Source: an uncultured Rickettsiales bacterium
GTDB lineage: Bacteria; Myxococcota_A; UBA796; UBA9615
NCBI GenBank assembly: GCA_964512225.1
Contig: CAZEKB010000023.1
Coordinates: forward strand, 6,771 to 70,770
Reading direction: 5' to 3'
Length of the DNA: 64,000 nucleotides
Of this stretch, positions 52,470-61,525 are shown piece after piece (the stretch's first letter is position 1; every line of letters begins with the position of its first letter). The translations under genes and the position numbers were made by a program. Below the pieces are notes generated by a model, which was not told the DNA's origin, made no database searches, and worked only from the letters and a program-made list of their open reading frames with translations.

Positions 52470-54233
52470 GTGCCGCGGCTGCTCCTGATCGTCGGACTGA
52501 TCCTGCTCGTCCCCGTCGCCACCGCGGCGGAGGACGTCGAGCCCGCGGCCTCCGAGCCCGCCTACGAGCCCGCCTCCGAGCCCGCCGTCGAGCCCGCCGA
52601 CGAGTCCCGCTCGGACGCCCGCGTCGCCCTCGCCGAGGAGCGCTGGGACGACGCGCTGGCCGCCGCCGAAGCGGCCCTCCGCGCCGACCCCGCGGACTAC
52701 GACGCCCTCCTCGTGAAGGCCCTCGCCTACGAGGGTCGCGGCGATCTCGAGCGCGCCGAGTCCCTCCTCGTGGCCTTCCAGGAGCTGGTCTCGGGGCGGC
52801 TGATCCCCAAGGAGGCCAACGACGCTCTCGACCGGGTGCGGGCCGCCCGTCGCGAGGAGGGATCGACGCTCGCGGCCGCGGAGGTCGCGGCCCCGGAGGA
52901 CGAGGTCGAGGTCGACCTGCTCGTCCGCTCCGACCTGCACCCCGACGAGGTCGAGGCCCTGACCCGCCGGATCCGCGAGGCGGTGGAGGCGGGCCGATGC
53001 ATGGCCGCGATCGCCGACGCGAAGTCGATCGTGGACGCCGCGTTCGACGACCCGCGCGGCTGGGCCCTGCTCGGCGACGCGCGGCGCTGTGCGGGCGACA
53101 CCCTCGGCGCCGTCGACGCGTACCGGCGGGCGCGGGCGCTGGGCAGCGACGACCCCGGCGTCCTCGTCGTGCTCCGCAGCCTCGAGGCGACCTTCGGGGA
53201 GCTGCGGGTGCGGGTGGTGCTCGACCGTCCGCTGGAGGTCCCGCGCGTGGTCCTGCACATGGGCGATCGCGAGCGGAAGCCGGACTTCCGCCGCGGCGGC
53301 GAGTCCGTGTTCCGCGATCTCGACTCGCCGGGCACGTTCACCCTCGTCGTGAGCGGGCTCGGCCTGCGAGAAGAGGTGCGGGCCGTCGATCCGCTGGCCC
53401 CGGGCGAGCATCGCCGGGTCGAGATCGAGACGACGTACGTGGGCGTCGGCACGCTGAAGGTGGGGCCCCACGAGCCGTCGGACTGCCGCGTGCGGGTGCG
53501 CGACGCGAACGGGCCCGAGGTCGGCCCCGGGGGCGTCGTGGAGGTCACGGCGGGGGACGTCCGCGTCTACGTCTCCAACGAGTACGGCACTCTCACCCAC
53601 CACGTCCGCGTGCCCCCGGGCGAGACGGTCGAGATCGACCCCCTGCCGCTGGTTCCGTCCACGCTGACGGTCGTCGGCCTGCCCGTGGGGTCGACGGTCC
53701 GGGCGTACGTGGACGGGATGCAGGAGGGGACGTACGCGGAGCGGGAGGTGCGCGTCGACCGGGAGGGCGCGACGGTGGACGACGAGACCGGCGTCCTCAT
53801 CGCGCCGCCCCTGCGCATGGGCCCGCTCATGGGCGGCAGCGGGGGGATCTTCCTGGAGCACCCGCGCCTCGGGGTCGCGGCGGCGGACGTCTCCCTGCAG
53901 CCCGGCCGAGTGAACGCCACGACCTTCGCGTGGCGCACGCTCGAGGGGGTCGACGGGGTCAAGGACGAGTTCGCCCGGTGGAAGAACACGCAGGAGGGGC
54001 GCCGGTCGATGCGCGCGCCGCCCTGGGTGCCTCCGTTCGCCGTGGGGATCGGCTCCGCGTTGGTGGCGGGGGCCCTGCTCGCGGGGGGGCTCGACACCTA
54101 CGACGACGGCCTGTTCGCGAGCTCCGCGGGGACCGGGATCGTCTCGGGGATGGCCTTCGGGATCGCGATCGGGGTGGGCGTCGCCTCACCGCCCCGGGAG
54201 GCCTGGTCGGCCTGGCGTCCAGAGGGGTTCTGA
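52470..54233 (+). CDS. Secreted TPR-like protein with acidic N-terminal repeats and a C-terminal TM anchor
   Basis: GTG start. Signal peptide MPRLLLIVGLILLVPVATAAEDV, EPA-rich repeats, TPR-like helical region, and a C-terminal hydrophobic segment. Confidence 0.6.
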   Translation: MPRLLLIVGLILLVPVATAAEDVEPAASEPAYEPASEPAVEPADESRSDARVALAEERWDDALAAAEAALRADPADYDALLVKALAYEGRGDLERAESLLVAFQELVSGRLIPKEANDALDRVRAARREEGSTLAAAEVAAPEDEVEVDLLVRSDLHPDEVEALTRRIREAVEAGRCMAAIADAKSIVDAAFDDPRGWALLGDARRCAGDTLGAVDAYRRARALGSDDPGVLVVLRSLEATFGELRVRVVLDRPLEVPRVVLHMGDRERKPDFRRGGESVFRDLDSPGTFTLVVSGLGLREEVRAVDPLAPGEHRRVEIETTYVGVGTLKVGPHEPSDCRVRVRDANGPEVGPGGVVEVTAGDVRVYVSNEYGTLTHHVRVPPGETVEIDPLPLVPSTLTVVGLPVGSTVRAYVDGMQEGTYAEREVRVDREGATVDDETGVLIAPPLRMGPLMGGSGGIFLEHPRLGVAAADVSLQPGRVNATTFAWRTLEGVDGVKDEFARWKNTQEGRRSMRAPPWVPPFAVGIGSALVAGALLAGGLDTYDDGLFASSAGTGIVSGMAFGIAIGVGVASPPREAWSAWRPEGF

Positions 54234-54299
54234 GTCCCTTCGCCCCCGGCTCCGACGGGCGGCGTCGGGTCGGTTATTCTCCGCGCCGCGGAGGTCGGC

Positions 54300-56402
54300 A
54301 TCGCTCGTTTCGAGCCCGGACAACAGATCGGGACGTACACCCTGCGGCGCAAGCTGGGGCAGGGTGCGTACGCCGAGGTGTGGCTGGCCGTCCAGGAGGG
54401 GGGCACGCTCGGCTTTCGCAAGAAGGTCGCGCTGAAGCTCGTCCGTCCGGGCAAGGAGGACGACGACGACGAGACCCAGGCCTTCCTCCGCGAAGCGAGC
54501 CTGGTCGCCAACCTGCGGCACCCCAACATCGTCGACACGCTGAGCGTCTCCCAGGAGGGCGGCACGCTCCACATCGCGATGGAGTTCGTGGACGGCGGCA
54601 CGCTCCACGACCTCGTGAACCGGTGCCTGCGGTTCGGGCTCGCGCTCCCGAACTCCGTGGTGTGCTCGCTCCTGATCGACATCTGTCGCGGCCTCGCCGC
54701 GGCCCACGAGGCGGAGGACGTGGACGGTCACCCCCTCAAGGTGATCCACCGGGATCTCAAGCTCGGCAACGTGCTGCTGGACAAGACCGGGGTCGCCAAG
54801 GTCGCGGACTTCGGCATGGCCAAGGCGGCGGGGGACATGACCGCCACCGCCACCGGCTTCGTGAAGGGGACGCCCGCGTACGTCGCCCCCGAGGTCTGGG
54901 AGGGGGCGCGTGAGTTCACCCCCGGCGTCGACCTGTTCGCGGTCGGGTGCATCGCCTACTCGCTGGTCACGCGCAAGCGGCTCTTCGACGGCGAGAACGT
55001 CGCGTCGATCTACGGGCAGATCTGCAAGCGGAGCCCCGAGCAGGAGTCCGCTCCGGTGGGCGACAAGTACCCCGGCCTCGCCCCCATCACCGAGAAGCTC
55101 CTCCAGCGAGACCCGGCCGATCGGTATCAGCGGGCCAAGGACGTCGCCGACGACCTGCTCGAGCTCCTCCGGCGGACGCCCGCGGCGGGGGAGATCCACG
55201 ACTTCCTGTGGCTGCTCGACCGGATCGAGGCGTACGAGTCCGACGTGGACGCCGAGGACGAGACGCACGGGGCGGCCCCGTTCAAGATCCCCGAGCAGAC
55301 CGAGGCGGGCTGGGCCGTCGCCATCGAGCGCGCGCTGGGGCAGAGCGTGGGCGTGCTCCCCCTGGCGACGTCCGGCGGCGCGGTGGAGCTGCCCACCCCC
55401 GAGCGACCGCCCTCGAACAAGCCCGTCCAGCTGACCGCGCCCCAGGCTTCGGCGGTCGAGGGTCCCCCGCCCACGCCGCCGACCCCGCCGCCGAAGAGCG
55501 GGGAGGTCCTGCGCACCCAGCTCCTGCCGCCCCGCGACTCCGAGGGTGCGGGCGAGCGCACGTCGATGAACGTCGAGCTCGCCCTCAAGGCGGACAAGAG
55601 CGCGCGGATCGAGGCCCGCAAGCGCAAGCAGCGGGTGGTGCAGTCCCGCCGTCGGCTGCAGATGGTGATCCTCGTGCTGGTGGGCGTGCTGGCGGTGATC
55701 GGCGGCCTCATCCTCGGCCGGGAGGACACCGAGGAGGGGGCCGGGGAGTCGGCCGAGCAGGGGGAGCCGGCGGCGGTGCCCGACCTGATGATCGTGCGGG
55801 ACGACGGGGAGGAGGCGTCCGGCGAGGCGTCTCCGGACCCGGCCTCGGGCGAAGCGGCGGGCGAAGAGCCGGCGGATGCGAGCCCGGAGGCGGGGTCGTC
55901 CGAGGAGGCCGAGGGGACGCCGGGGGCGGACGCCGACGCGGCGGACGCGGAGCCGGAGGCGACCCCGGCGGACGGGGATGCGCCCGGGGAGGACGCCGAG
56001 GCCGCGGGGGAGGACGCCGAAGCGCCTGCCGAAGAGGGCGAGGCGGCCCCCGACGGCGAGGCCGCGGGCGACGGTGGGAGCGAGACCGAGGACCCGGCCG
56101 CCGAGACCGAAGCGACCCCCGCCGAGGCGGGCTCGACCGACGCGTGCGTCGTGGTCAGCGCCTCCCCCCGGGGGGCGAAGGTCTGGATCGACGGAGCGCT
56201 GAACGACCGGTCCGCGGGGTCGCCGTTCGGGGTCGTGGTCCCCGCCGGTGAGCATCGCGTGCAGATGGGGATGGTGAGCACCCCGAGCGTCGAGCAGACG
56301 GTCACGATCGGGGGCGGCGAGGCCAAGTCCGTGCACTGCACGCTCACGGGCGAAGCGGGCTGTCGCACCGCCGCCGCCGACATCGCCGCCTGCGGGCTCT
56401 GA
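54300..56402 (+). CDS. Ser/Thr protein kinase, single-pass TM, acidic low-complexity spacer, C-terminal PEGA domain
   Basis: Kinase motifs HRDLKLGN, DFG, GTPAYVAPE. TM helix MVILVLVGVLAVIGGLILG. PEGA-like SPRGAKVWIDGALNDRSAGSPFGVVVPAGEH. The first canonical start is GTG at 54378, which is downstream of the glycine-rich loop (GQGAYAEV); the listed start assumes an ATC at 54300 preceded by a GGAGG. Confidence 0.7.
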   Translation: MARFEPGQQIGTYTLRRKLGQGAYAEVWLAVQEGGTLGFRKKVALKLVRPGKEDDDDETQAFLREASLVANLRHPNIVDTLSVSQEGGTLHIAMEFVDGGTLHDLVNRCLRFGLALPNSVVCSLLIDICRGLAAAHEAEDVDGHPLKVIHRDLKLGNVLLDKTGVAKVADFGMAKAAGDMTATATGFVKGTPAYVAPEVWEGAREFTPGVDLFAVGCIAYSLVTRKRLFDGENVASIYGQICKRSPEQESAPVGDKYPGLAPITEKLLQRDPADRYQRAKDVADDLLELLRRTPAAGEIHDFLWLLDRIEAYESDVDAEDETHGAAPFKIPEQTEAGWAVAIERALGQSVGVLPLATSGGAVELPTPERPPSNKPVQLTAPQASAVEGPPPTPPTPPPKSGEVLRTQLLPPRDSEGAGERTSMNVELALKADKSARIEARKRKQRVVQSRRRLQMVILVLVGVLAVIGGLILGREDTEEGAGESAEQGEPAAVPDLMIVRDDGEEASGEASPDPASGEAAGEEPADASPEAGSSEEAEGTPGADADAADAEPEATPADGDAPGEDAEAAGEDAEAPAEEGEAAPDGEAAGDGGSETEDPAAETEATPAEAGSTDACVVVSASPRGAKVWIDGALNDRSAGSPFGVVVPAGEHRVQMGMVSTPSVEQTVTIGGGEAKSVHCTLTGEAGCRTAAADIAACGL

Positions 56403-56429
56403 GCCGCGCGGCAGTCCGAAGCCGCTGCA

Positions 56430-56578
56430 GGCGGCAAGAACCCGGGTGTTTCTCCGAACCGGGCGCGTTGTTGCCGGTTCTGCGGCAAGAACTCGGGTGC
56501 TTCTCCGAACCGGGCGCGTTGTTGCCGGTTCTGCGGCAAGAACTCGGGTGTTTCTCCGAACCGGGCGCGTTGTTGCCG
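56430..56578. repeat. Intergenic tandem direct repeat, 51-bp unit × about 2.9
   Basis: gcggcaagaac(c/t)cgggtg(t/c)ttctccgaaccgggcgcgttgttgccggttct repeated at 56430, 56481 and 56532. Each junction forms a TTGCCG-gttctg-CGGCAA hairpin. Confidence 0.75.
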
Positions 56579-56600
56579 CCTCGCGCCTACCGGATCCCCC

Positions 56601-56981
56601 TCAGTCGTCGGCGAAGCCCGCGCGCGAGACGTCGCGGAACGTCGCTTCGACGTGGGTCAGCACGCCCCGATCGGAGCTGTAGACCTCGAACGACGTCCCG
56701 TCGATCGCGCGGATGAGGAGCCACGGCGCGCTCGCGCCCGACCGGCGCGCCTCGAAGTCGCCCTCGACGGTGCGATCGATGCCCGCGACCAGCTCCAGGA
56801 ACTCCGCGCCGGGGATGTCCAGGCCCTCGTCCGCCGCGTGCTCCAGCGCCTGCATCGCCGCGCCCTCGACCTCGACGTACCGGCACCGCCACGTGGACCG
56901 CAGCGCGTCCTTTTCGCAGAGCTGCAGGATGTCGTCGAGGTCGAGTCCCCCGTCGTCGTTCGCGATCTGCACTCCGCGCAT
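56601..56981 (-). CDS. Small hypothetical protein (126 aa) divergent from the ECF σ gene
   Basis: ORF with balanced composition. The overlapping longer ORFs are Arg-rich. Confidence 0.4.
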   Translation of the reverse strand: MRGVQIANDDGGLDLDDILQLCEKDALRSTWRCRYVEVEGAAMQALEHAADEGLDIPGAEFLELVAGIDRTVEGDFEARRSGASAPWLLIRAIDGTSFEVYSSDRGVLTHVEATFRDVSRAGFADD

Positions 56982-57103
56982 GGCGCCTCCGTGCGGAGCA
57001 TGTCCCCGTCGCCGTCCTCACACAAATCTCTGACAAGGCCGCGACAATTCCGTACCGGTCCCTGACACCGAAGCGCAGGGGGCTGGATAGGCTGACTCGG
57101 CCG

Positions 57104-57718
57104 ATGCGGACGCCGCTGCCCCCGGACGCCGAGCTCATCGCCGCGCTGCGCGGCGGGGACGATGCCATGTTCGGGGCGATGCTCGACCACTGGACGCCGA
57201 GCCTCCGCCGCCTCGCCCGGTCGTTCGTGCGCACCGACGCGTCGGTCGAGGACGTGGTCCAGGAGACCTGGGCGGCGGTCGTGAAGGGCCTCGCCCGCTT
57301 CGAGGGGCGCAGCTCGCTCAAGACCTGGGTGTTCACCATCCTCGCGAACCGCGCGCGGACCCGGGGCGCCAAGGACGCGCGGACGGTCCCCGAGTCGGCC
57401 CTGTCCGAGCCCGGGGAGGCCTCTCCGATCGCCGATCGGTTCACCGATCGGGGGACGTGGCTGAAGCCGCCTCGACGATGGCAGGACTTCTCGGCCGAGG
57501 CCGTGACCCTGTCCAAGGAGACGGCGGAAGCCCTCGAGGCGGCCATCGAGGCGCTCCCTCCGCGCCAGCGGGCGGTCGTACTCCTGCGTGACGTGGAGGG
57601 CGTCGAGGCGCAAGATGCGTGCAACCTTCTGGAGATCAGCGAATCCAACCAGAGGGTGCTACTTCACCGCGGACGCAGTCGGTTGCGCTCGGCGCTGGAG
57701 CAGCACCTCGGAGAGTGA
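57104..57718 (+). CDS. ECF (σ70 family group IV) RNA polymerase sigma factor
   Basis: σ2 region VQETWAAVVKGLARFEG…WVFTILANRARTR and σ4 region RQRAVVLLRDVEGVEAQDACNLLEISESNQRVLLHRGRSRLR. Confidence 0.85.
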   Translation: MRTPLPPDAELIAALRGGDDAMFGAMLDHWTPSLRRLARSFVRTDASVEDVVQETWAAVVKGLARFEGRSSLKTWVFTILANRARTRGAKDARTVPESALSEPGEASPIADRFTDRGTWLKPPRRWQDFSAEAVTLSKETAEALEAAIEALPPRQRAVVLLRDVEGVEAQDACNLLEISESNQRVLLHRGRSRLRSALEQHLGE

Positions 57719-57730
57719 CCGACCCGGACG

Positions 57731-58039
57731 ATGCCGCTGATCTCGACCTGCAAGGACCTCACCGAGAACGCCGACGCCTACCTGGCCGGCGACCTGGGGT
57801 GGTTCGCGCGCGCCCAGGTCCGGCTGCATCTGTGGATGTGCGACCACTGTCGCCGGTACGTGGACCAGCTCGCGGCCACGATCGCCGCGCTGAAGGCGAT
57901 GCCCGCGCCCGAAGGGCCGCCCCTCGCCGAGCCCGTCCGTGAGGAGCTGATGACGTCGTTCCGGTCGCTCGAGGCGAAGGCGATCGTCGACGCCGAGGAG
58001 GCCTCGGACGCCTCCACCGACCCCGGTCCGTCGGGCTAG
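57731..58039 (+). CDS. Zinc-finger anti-sigma factor (ZAS family)
   Basis: HLWMCDHCRRY is the HxxxCxxC ZAS motif. Lies 13 nt downstream of the σ gene. Confidence 0.8.
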   Translation: MPLISTCKDLTENADAYLAGDLGWFARAQVRLHLWMCDHCRRYVDQLAATIAALKAMPAPEGPPLAEPVREELMTSFRSLEAKAIVDAEEASDASTDPGPSG

Positions 58040-59031
58040 GCCAGCGCCCCCCCGCAGCTGGAGCCCGCGCCCGCGGTGCAGCCGAAGCAGTGCTTCGCCA
58101 CCGCGATCGGACGCTCGGCCAGCTCCTGGAAGCTCCGGACGTCCCACACCGTGCGGGCCCCCACGGCGTCGAGGAGCGGCAGCTCCAGCATCTGGTTGAA
58201 GTCGCAGTCGTACATCCGCCCGCGCCAGTCGATGGAGACGAGGCTGCGGCACATCAAGCCGTCGACCGTGCCCGGGTTGAACGACTCGAGCAGCAGCGCC
58301 TCGTACTCCTCGCGCTTGCCGTCGCGCTCGAGATCGTGGAGGAAGCGGCTGATGGGCATGTTCGTGATCGTGATCAGGTTGCTGAACTCGACGCCGAAGT
58401 CTTCGCGCAGGCGGCGCTTGTAGTCGGCCTCCAGGCCCGCCTGGGCGGGGGGGAGGAACGGACCGCCGGGGTTGTAGACGAGGTCGAGCACGCCGCCCCC
58501 GGGCACGCCGATCCCGGCCGCGTTGAGCTTCGTGAGCGCCTCGATGCTCTTCGTGAACACGCCCCCGCCGCGTTGCTTGTCGACGTTCTTCTCCGAGTAG
58601 CAGGGCAGGCTCGCGGTGACCTCCACGCCCGCCCGCGCCAGGAAGTCGACCAGGTCGTCCTGGCCGGGCTCGAAGAGCACGGTGAGGTTGCAGCGATCGA
58701 TCACGCGCTTGCCGAGCCCTCGGGCCGCCGCTACGAGCCGACGGAAGTCGGGGTTGAGCTCCGGCGCGCCGCCCGTGAGGTCCACGAGCTCCACCTCGGG
58801 CGCCCCCTCGAGCAGCTCGATGAGCCGGTCGACGGTGTGCGACTCCATGATCTCGGTGCGCTTCGGGCCCGCGTCCACGTGGCAGTGACGGCAGGCCTGA
58901 TTGCACAGCTTGCCCAGGTTGACCTGCAGCCAGGTCACGGGCGCCGCGCGCAGCGGGCCCAGGTCGTGAGCGCGCAGCGTGCGCTCGAACGGAGCGGGGT
59001 CGTGGGACAGGACGGCAAGCGCGGTCGACAA
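58036..59031 (-). CDS. Radical SAM/Cys-rich domain protein (TIGR04167-like, ArsS-like (seleno)protein family)
   Basis: TTG start with an AGGAG 8 nt upstream that overlaps the upstream stop. LQVNLGKLCNQACRHCHVDAGP (rSAM CxxxCxxC). C-terminal KHCFGCTAGAGSSCGG Cys cluster. Confidence 0.75.
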   Translation of the reverse strand: MSTALAVLSHDPAPFERTLRAHDLGPLRAAPVTWLQVNLGKLCNQACRHCHVDAGPKRTEIMESHTVDRLIELLEGAPEVELVDLTGGAPELNPDFRRLVAAARGLGKRVIDRCNLTVLFEPGQDDLVDFLARAGVEVTASLPCYSEKNVDKQRGGGVFTKSIEALTKLNAAGIGVPGGGVLDLVYNPGGPFLPPAQAGLEADYKRRLREDFGVEFSNLITITNMPISRFLHDLERDGKREEYEALLLESFNPGTVDGLMCRSLVSIDWRGRMYDCDFNQMLELPLLDAVGARTVWDVRSFQELAERPIAVAKHCFGCTAGAGSSCGGALA

Positions 59032-59040
59032 GGAGCTCTC

Positions 59041-60930
59041 CTAGGGCTGGAGCTTGGATTCACGGGCGCCCGGCTGCAAGCCCAGCGCGGCCTCCACGAC
59101 GCCCGCGAGGACGTCGGGTCGGTGGAGCGACGCGAGGTGCACGACGTCGCCTTCGCGGTCGACGACGACCTGCCGGGGGTACGGGGAGATCGACTCGGGG
59201 AAGGCGTACGCGCTGCGTGAGCCGTCGTCCCAGGCGAGGGGGAAGGTGACGCCCGTGACCTCGCGGAACGACCGCAGCAGGGCGTCCGTCTCGGCCACCT
59301 GGCCGGACGCGACTCCGATCAGCACGAGCCCGTCGTCCGCGTAGGCCTGGTGGAAGGCCGACTCCAGGTCCGGAAACTCCAGACTGCACACGGGTCAGAA
59401 GGTGGCGAAGTAGGCGAGGAGCACGACGCTCCCGCGCAGGTCTTCGAGGGCGATCGCGGGGCCGTCGATGTCGTCGAAGACGGACGCGGCCGCGGGCTCA
59501 CCGACCCCGATCCCGGGCATGTTCGCCTCGACGTGAAGCCGGAGCTCGGGCTGGTCCGGGTCGTCCGTGAGGAGGAGGACGTCGGTGCTCACGCCCGCGT
59601 CGGTGATCGAGTCGTAGGTGACGGTCGCGGTCGCGGTCTCCCCGGGCGCGAGCACCTCCGGCACCTCCACCGAGAGCTCCTCGATCCGGGGGTCGACGCC
59701 GCGGAACGTGAGCTCGGTCTCTCCGCCGTTGGTGACCCGCACCGGAAACGACGAGGAGCTGCCCGGGGGCGTGCTCGAGAACAGCACCGGGTTGGGCGAC
59801 ACCTCGAGGTCCGGGGCCGCGCGGTCCGGGAACCACCGATACGAGACGAGCTCGGTCCAGTTGCCCGAGAAGATCACGTCTTCGTGGGTGGCGATGCCCA
59901 TCGTCCGGCTCTCCCGGCGATCGCTCGGGCCCAGCGGCAGGGGCTCGCGCGCGACGGGCAGCAGGGCCTTGGGCGTCACCTCGAACACGCGGACGTCGGC
60001 CCAGTCGGCGAGCGCGATCGCGGGTCGGTCCGAGGCCGACGGGGGTCGGAGCCAGGCCACGGCCGTGCCCGCGCCGGGGGTGTCGACGGCGTGCAGCAGC
60101 GTCGGCGCCGACGGGTCCTCGAGCGCGACGACGCCCACCCCGGCCGTCCCCATCGCGACCCCCAGGACGGGGGGGAGGCCCGCGTCGGCGTGCGCTCGCG
60201 CCGTCTGCTCGGAGGGCAGGGCCAGGTCCTTGGCCGCGCCCTGCAGCGGGAGCGTGTGCAGCACGGTGGGCGCCGCCGGGTCCGCGAGGTCGACGGTGAC
60301 GAGGCCCCCCGCCCCGTCCGCGACCCAGGCGCGATCGCCCCGCGCGGCCACGGCCCACGCGTTCGTCGTGGGGGCGCGCCCCAGCTCGACGAGGTCGCCG
60401 CCCTCGCGTCGATGGACGATCAGCCCCGCCTCGTGGGCCGCGAGCAGGAGCAGGTCGCCGTGGATCGTCATGCCCTCGGGGTTCTCGGGGATCGGGTGCA
60501 TGCCGATCTCGTCGGGGCGCTCCACGTCGGTCAGGTCGGCCACGCCGATCCACGACTGCGGCTGCATCGAGTTCGCGCGGTTCGTGACGTAGGCCCGTCG
60601 CTGGTCGTCGACCACCACGTGCTGGCACCGGGGGAAGCTCCGGCTGCCCAGGGAGAAGCCGATGCGGCTGCGGTAGTCCAGGTCCTCGGGGTCCGAGGCG
60701 TCGTACACGTTCATCCCCAGCACGCCGCTGCAGAAGTAGACGAGGCCGTCGCGGTACTCGACCTCGTTCAGCTCGCTGAAGGACGGGCCGCCGTAGGTGT
60801 CCAGCACCTCCACCGGATCGCCGTAGGGGGACTCGTACTCGGGGGGCGTGGCCCCGTCGGGAGGGTCCTCCGGTCCGTCGGGGACGCAGCCCACGAGGGC
60901 GATCAGGGCGATGGCGGGGAGATGCCTCAC
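59041..60930 (-). CDS. Candidate selenoprotein: lipoprotein with β-propeller-like domain fused to a TlpA/thioredoxin-like redoxin domain with a U-P-V-C active site (in-frame TGA at 59395-59397)
   Basis: GTG start at 60930 (GGAGG upstream). N-terminus MRHLPAIALIALVGC. The tool ORFs 59395..60930 and 59041..59391 share one frame and are separated by TGA-CCC. The read-through …VVLLAYFATF-U-PVCSLEFPDLE… matches the thioredoxin-fold WCxxC region. Confidence 0.5.
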
Positions 60931-60960
60931 GCACCTCCGAGTCTGCCCGGAGGGCGGAGG

Positions 60961-61512
60961 TTACGGGCGCGCGGTGGGCAGGAGCGTCGCCAGGGCCGTC
61001 AGCTGGGCGCCGAGGTCGACCGAGTCCGGGTCGAGGTGGCGCAGCACGAAGATGCCGAAGAAGAAGCTCAGCACCGTGGACGCCCCCGCCGGATCGAGGC
61101 CGAGGCGGTCCGACAGGACGCCCCGGTAGGCGGCGACGTTCTCGAGGATGATCCCGCGGACCTCGTCTCCCTCCTGGCGGCTGAAGTCGAGCGCCACCAG
61201 CAGGGAGCGCTGCAGGTCGTCCGCCCGCCCGACGATGAACGCGGCGGTCGCGGCGGCGGCGGTGGCGGGGTCGGCGCCGGCCGGGATCCGCTCGTACGCC
61301 TCGGCGACGTCGCGGCCCACGCGGCGGGCGTACATCGCCTGGGCCATGGCGACCTTGCCCTCGAAGTAGTGGTAGAGCGTGCCCGTCGACACCCCGAGCT
61401 CGCGGGCGATCCCGCGCATCGTCAGGGCGCTCCAGCCCCGCTCGGCGAAGAGCTCGAAGGCTCCGTCCAGCAGCTCTGCGCGGCGGGCATCGTGATCGAC
61501 GATTCGGGGCAA
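60961..61512 (-). CDS. TetR/AcrR family transcriptional regulator
   Basis: HTH: ALTMRGIARELGVSTGTLYHYFEGK. Confidence 0.85.
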   Translation of the reverse strand: MPRIVDHDARRAELLDGAFELFAERGWSALTMRGIARELGVSTGTLYHYFEGKVAMAQAMYARRVGRDVAEAYERIPAGADPATAAAATAAFIVGRADDLQRSLLVALDFSRQEGDEVRGIILENVAAYRGVLSDRLGLDPAGASTVLSFFFGIFVLRHLDPDSVDLGAQLTALATLLPTARP

Positions 61513-61525
61513 CGACTCTCCGGGG

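Noticed and set aside
56430-56578. Possible CRISPR array
   Set aside because: The repeats are directly adjacent with no spacers, and there are only about 3 copies of a 51-bp unit. No cas genes are present in the window.
59041-59391. Tool ORF 'MCSLEFPDLE…' taken as an independent gene
   Set aside because: Its 'M' is a GTG inside a thioredoxin CxxC motif. It is in frame with the upstream ORF across a single TGA. As a stand-alone gene it would lack β1 and the first active-site residue. It is treated as the C-terminal part of a Sec-containing fusion.
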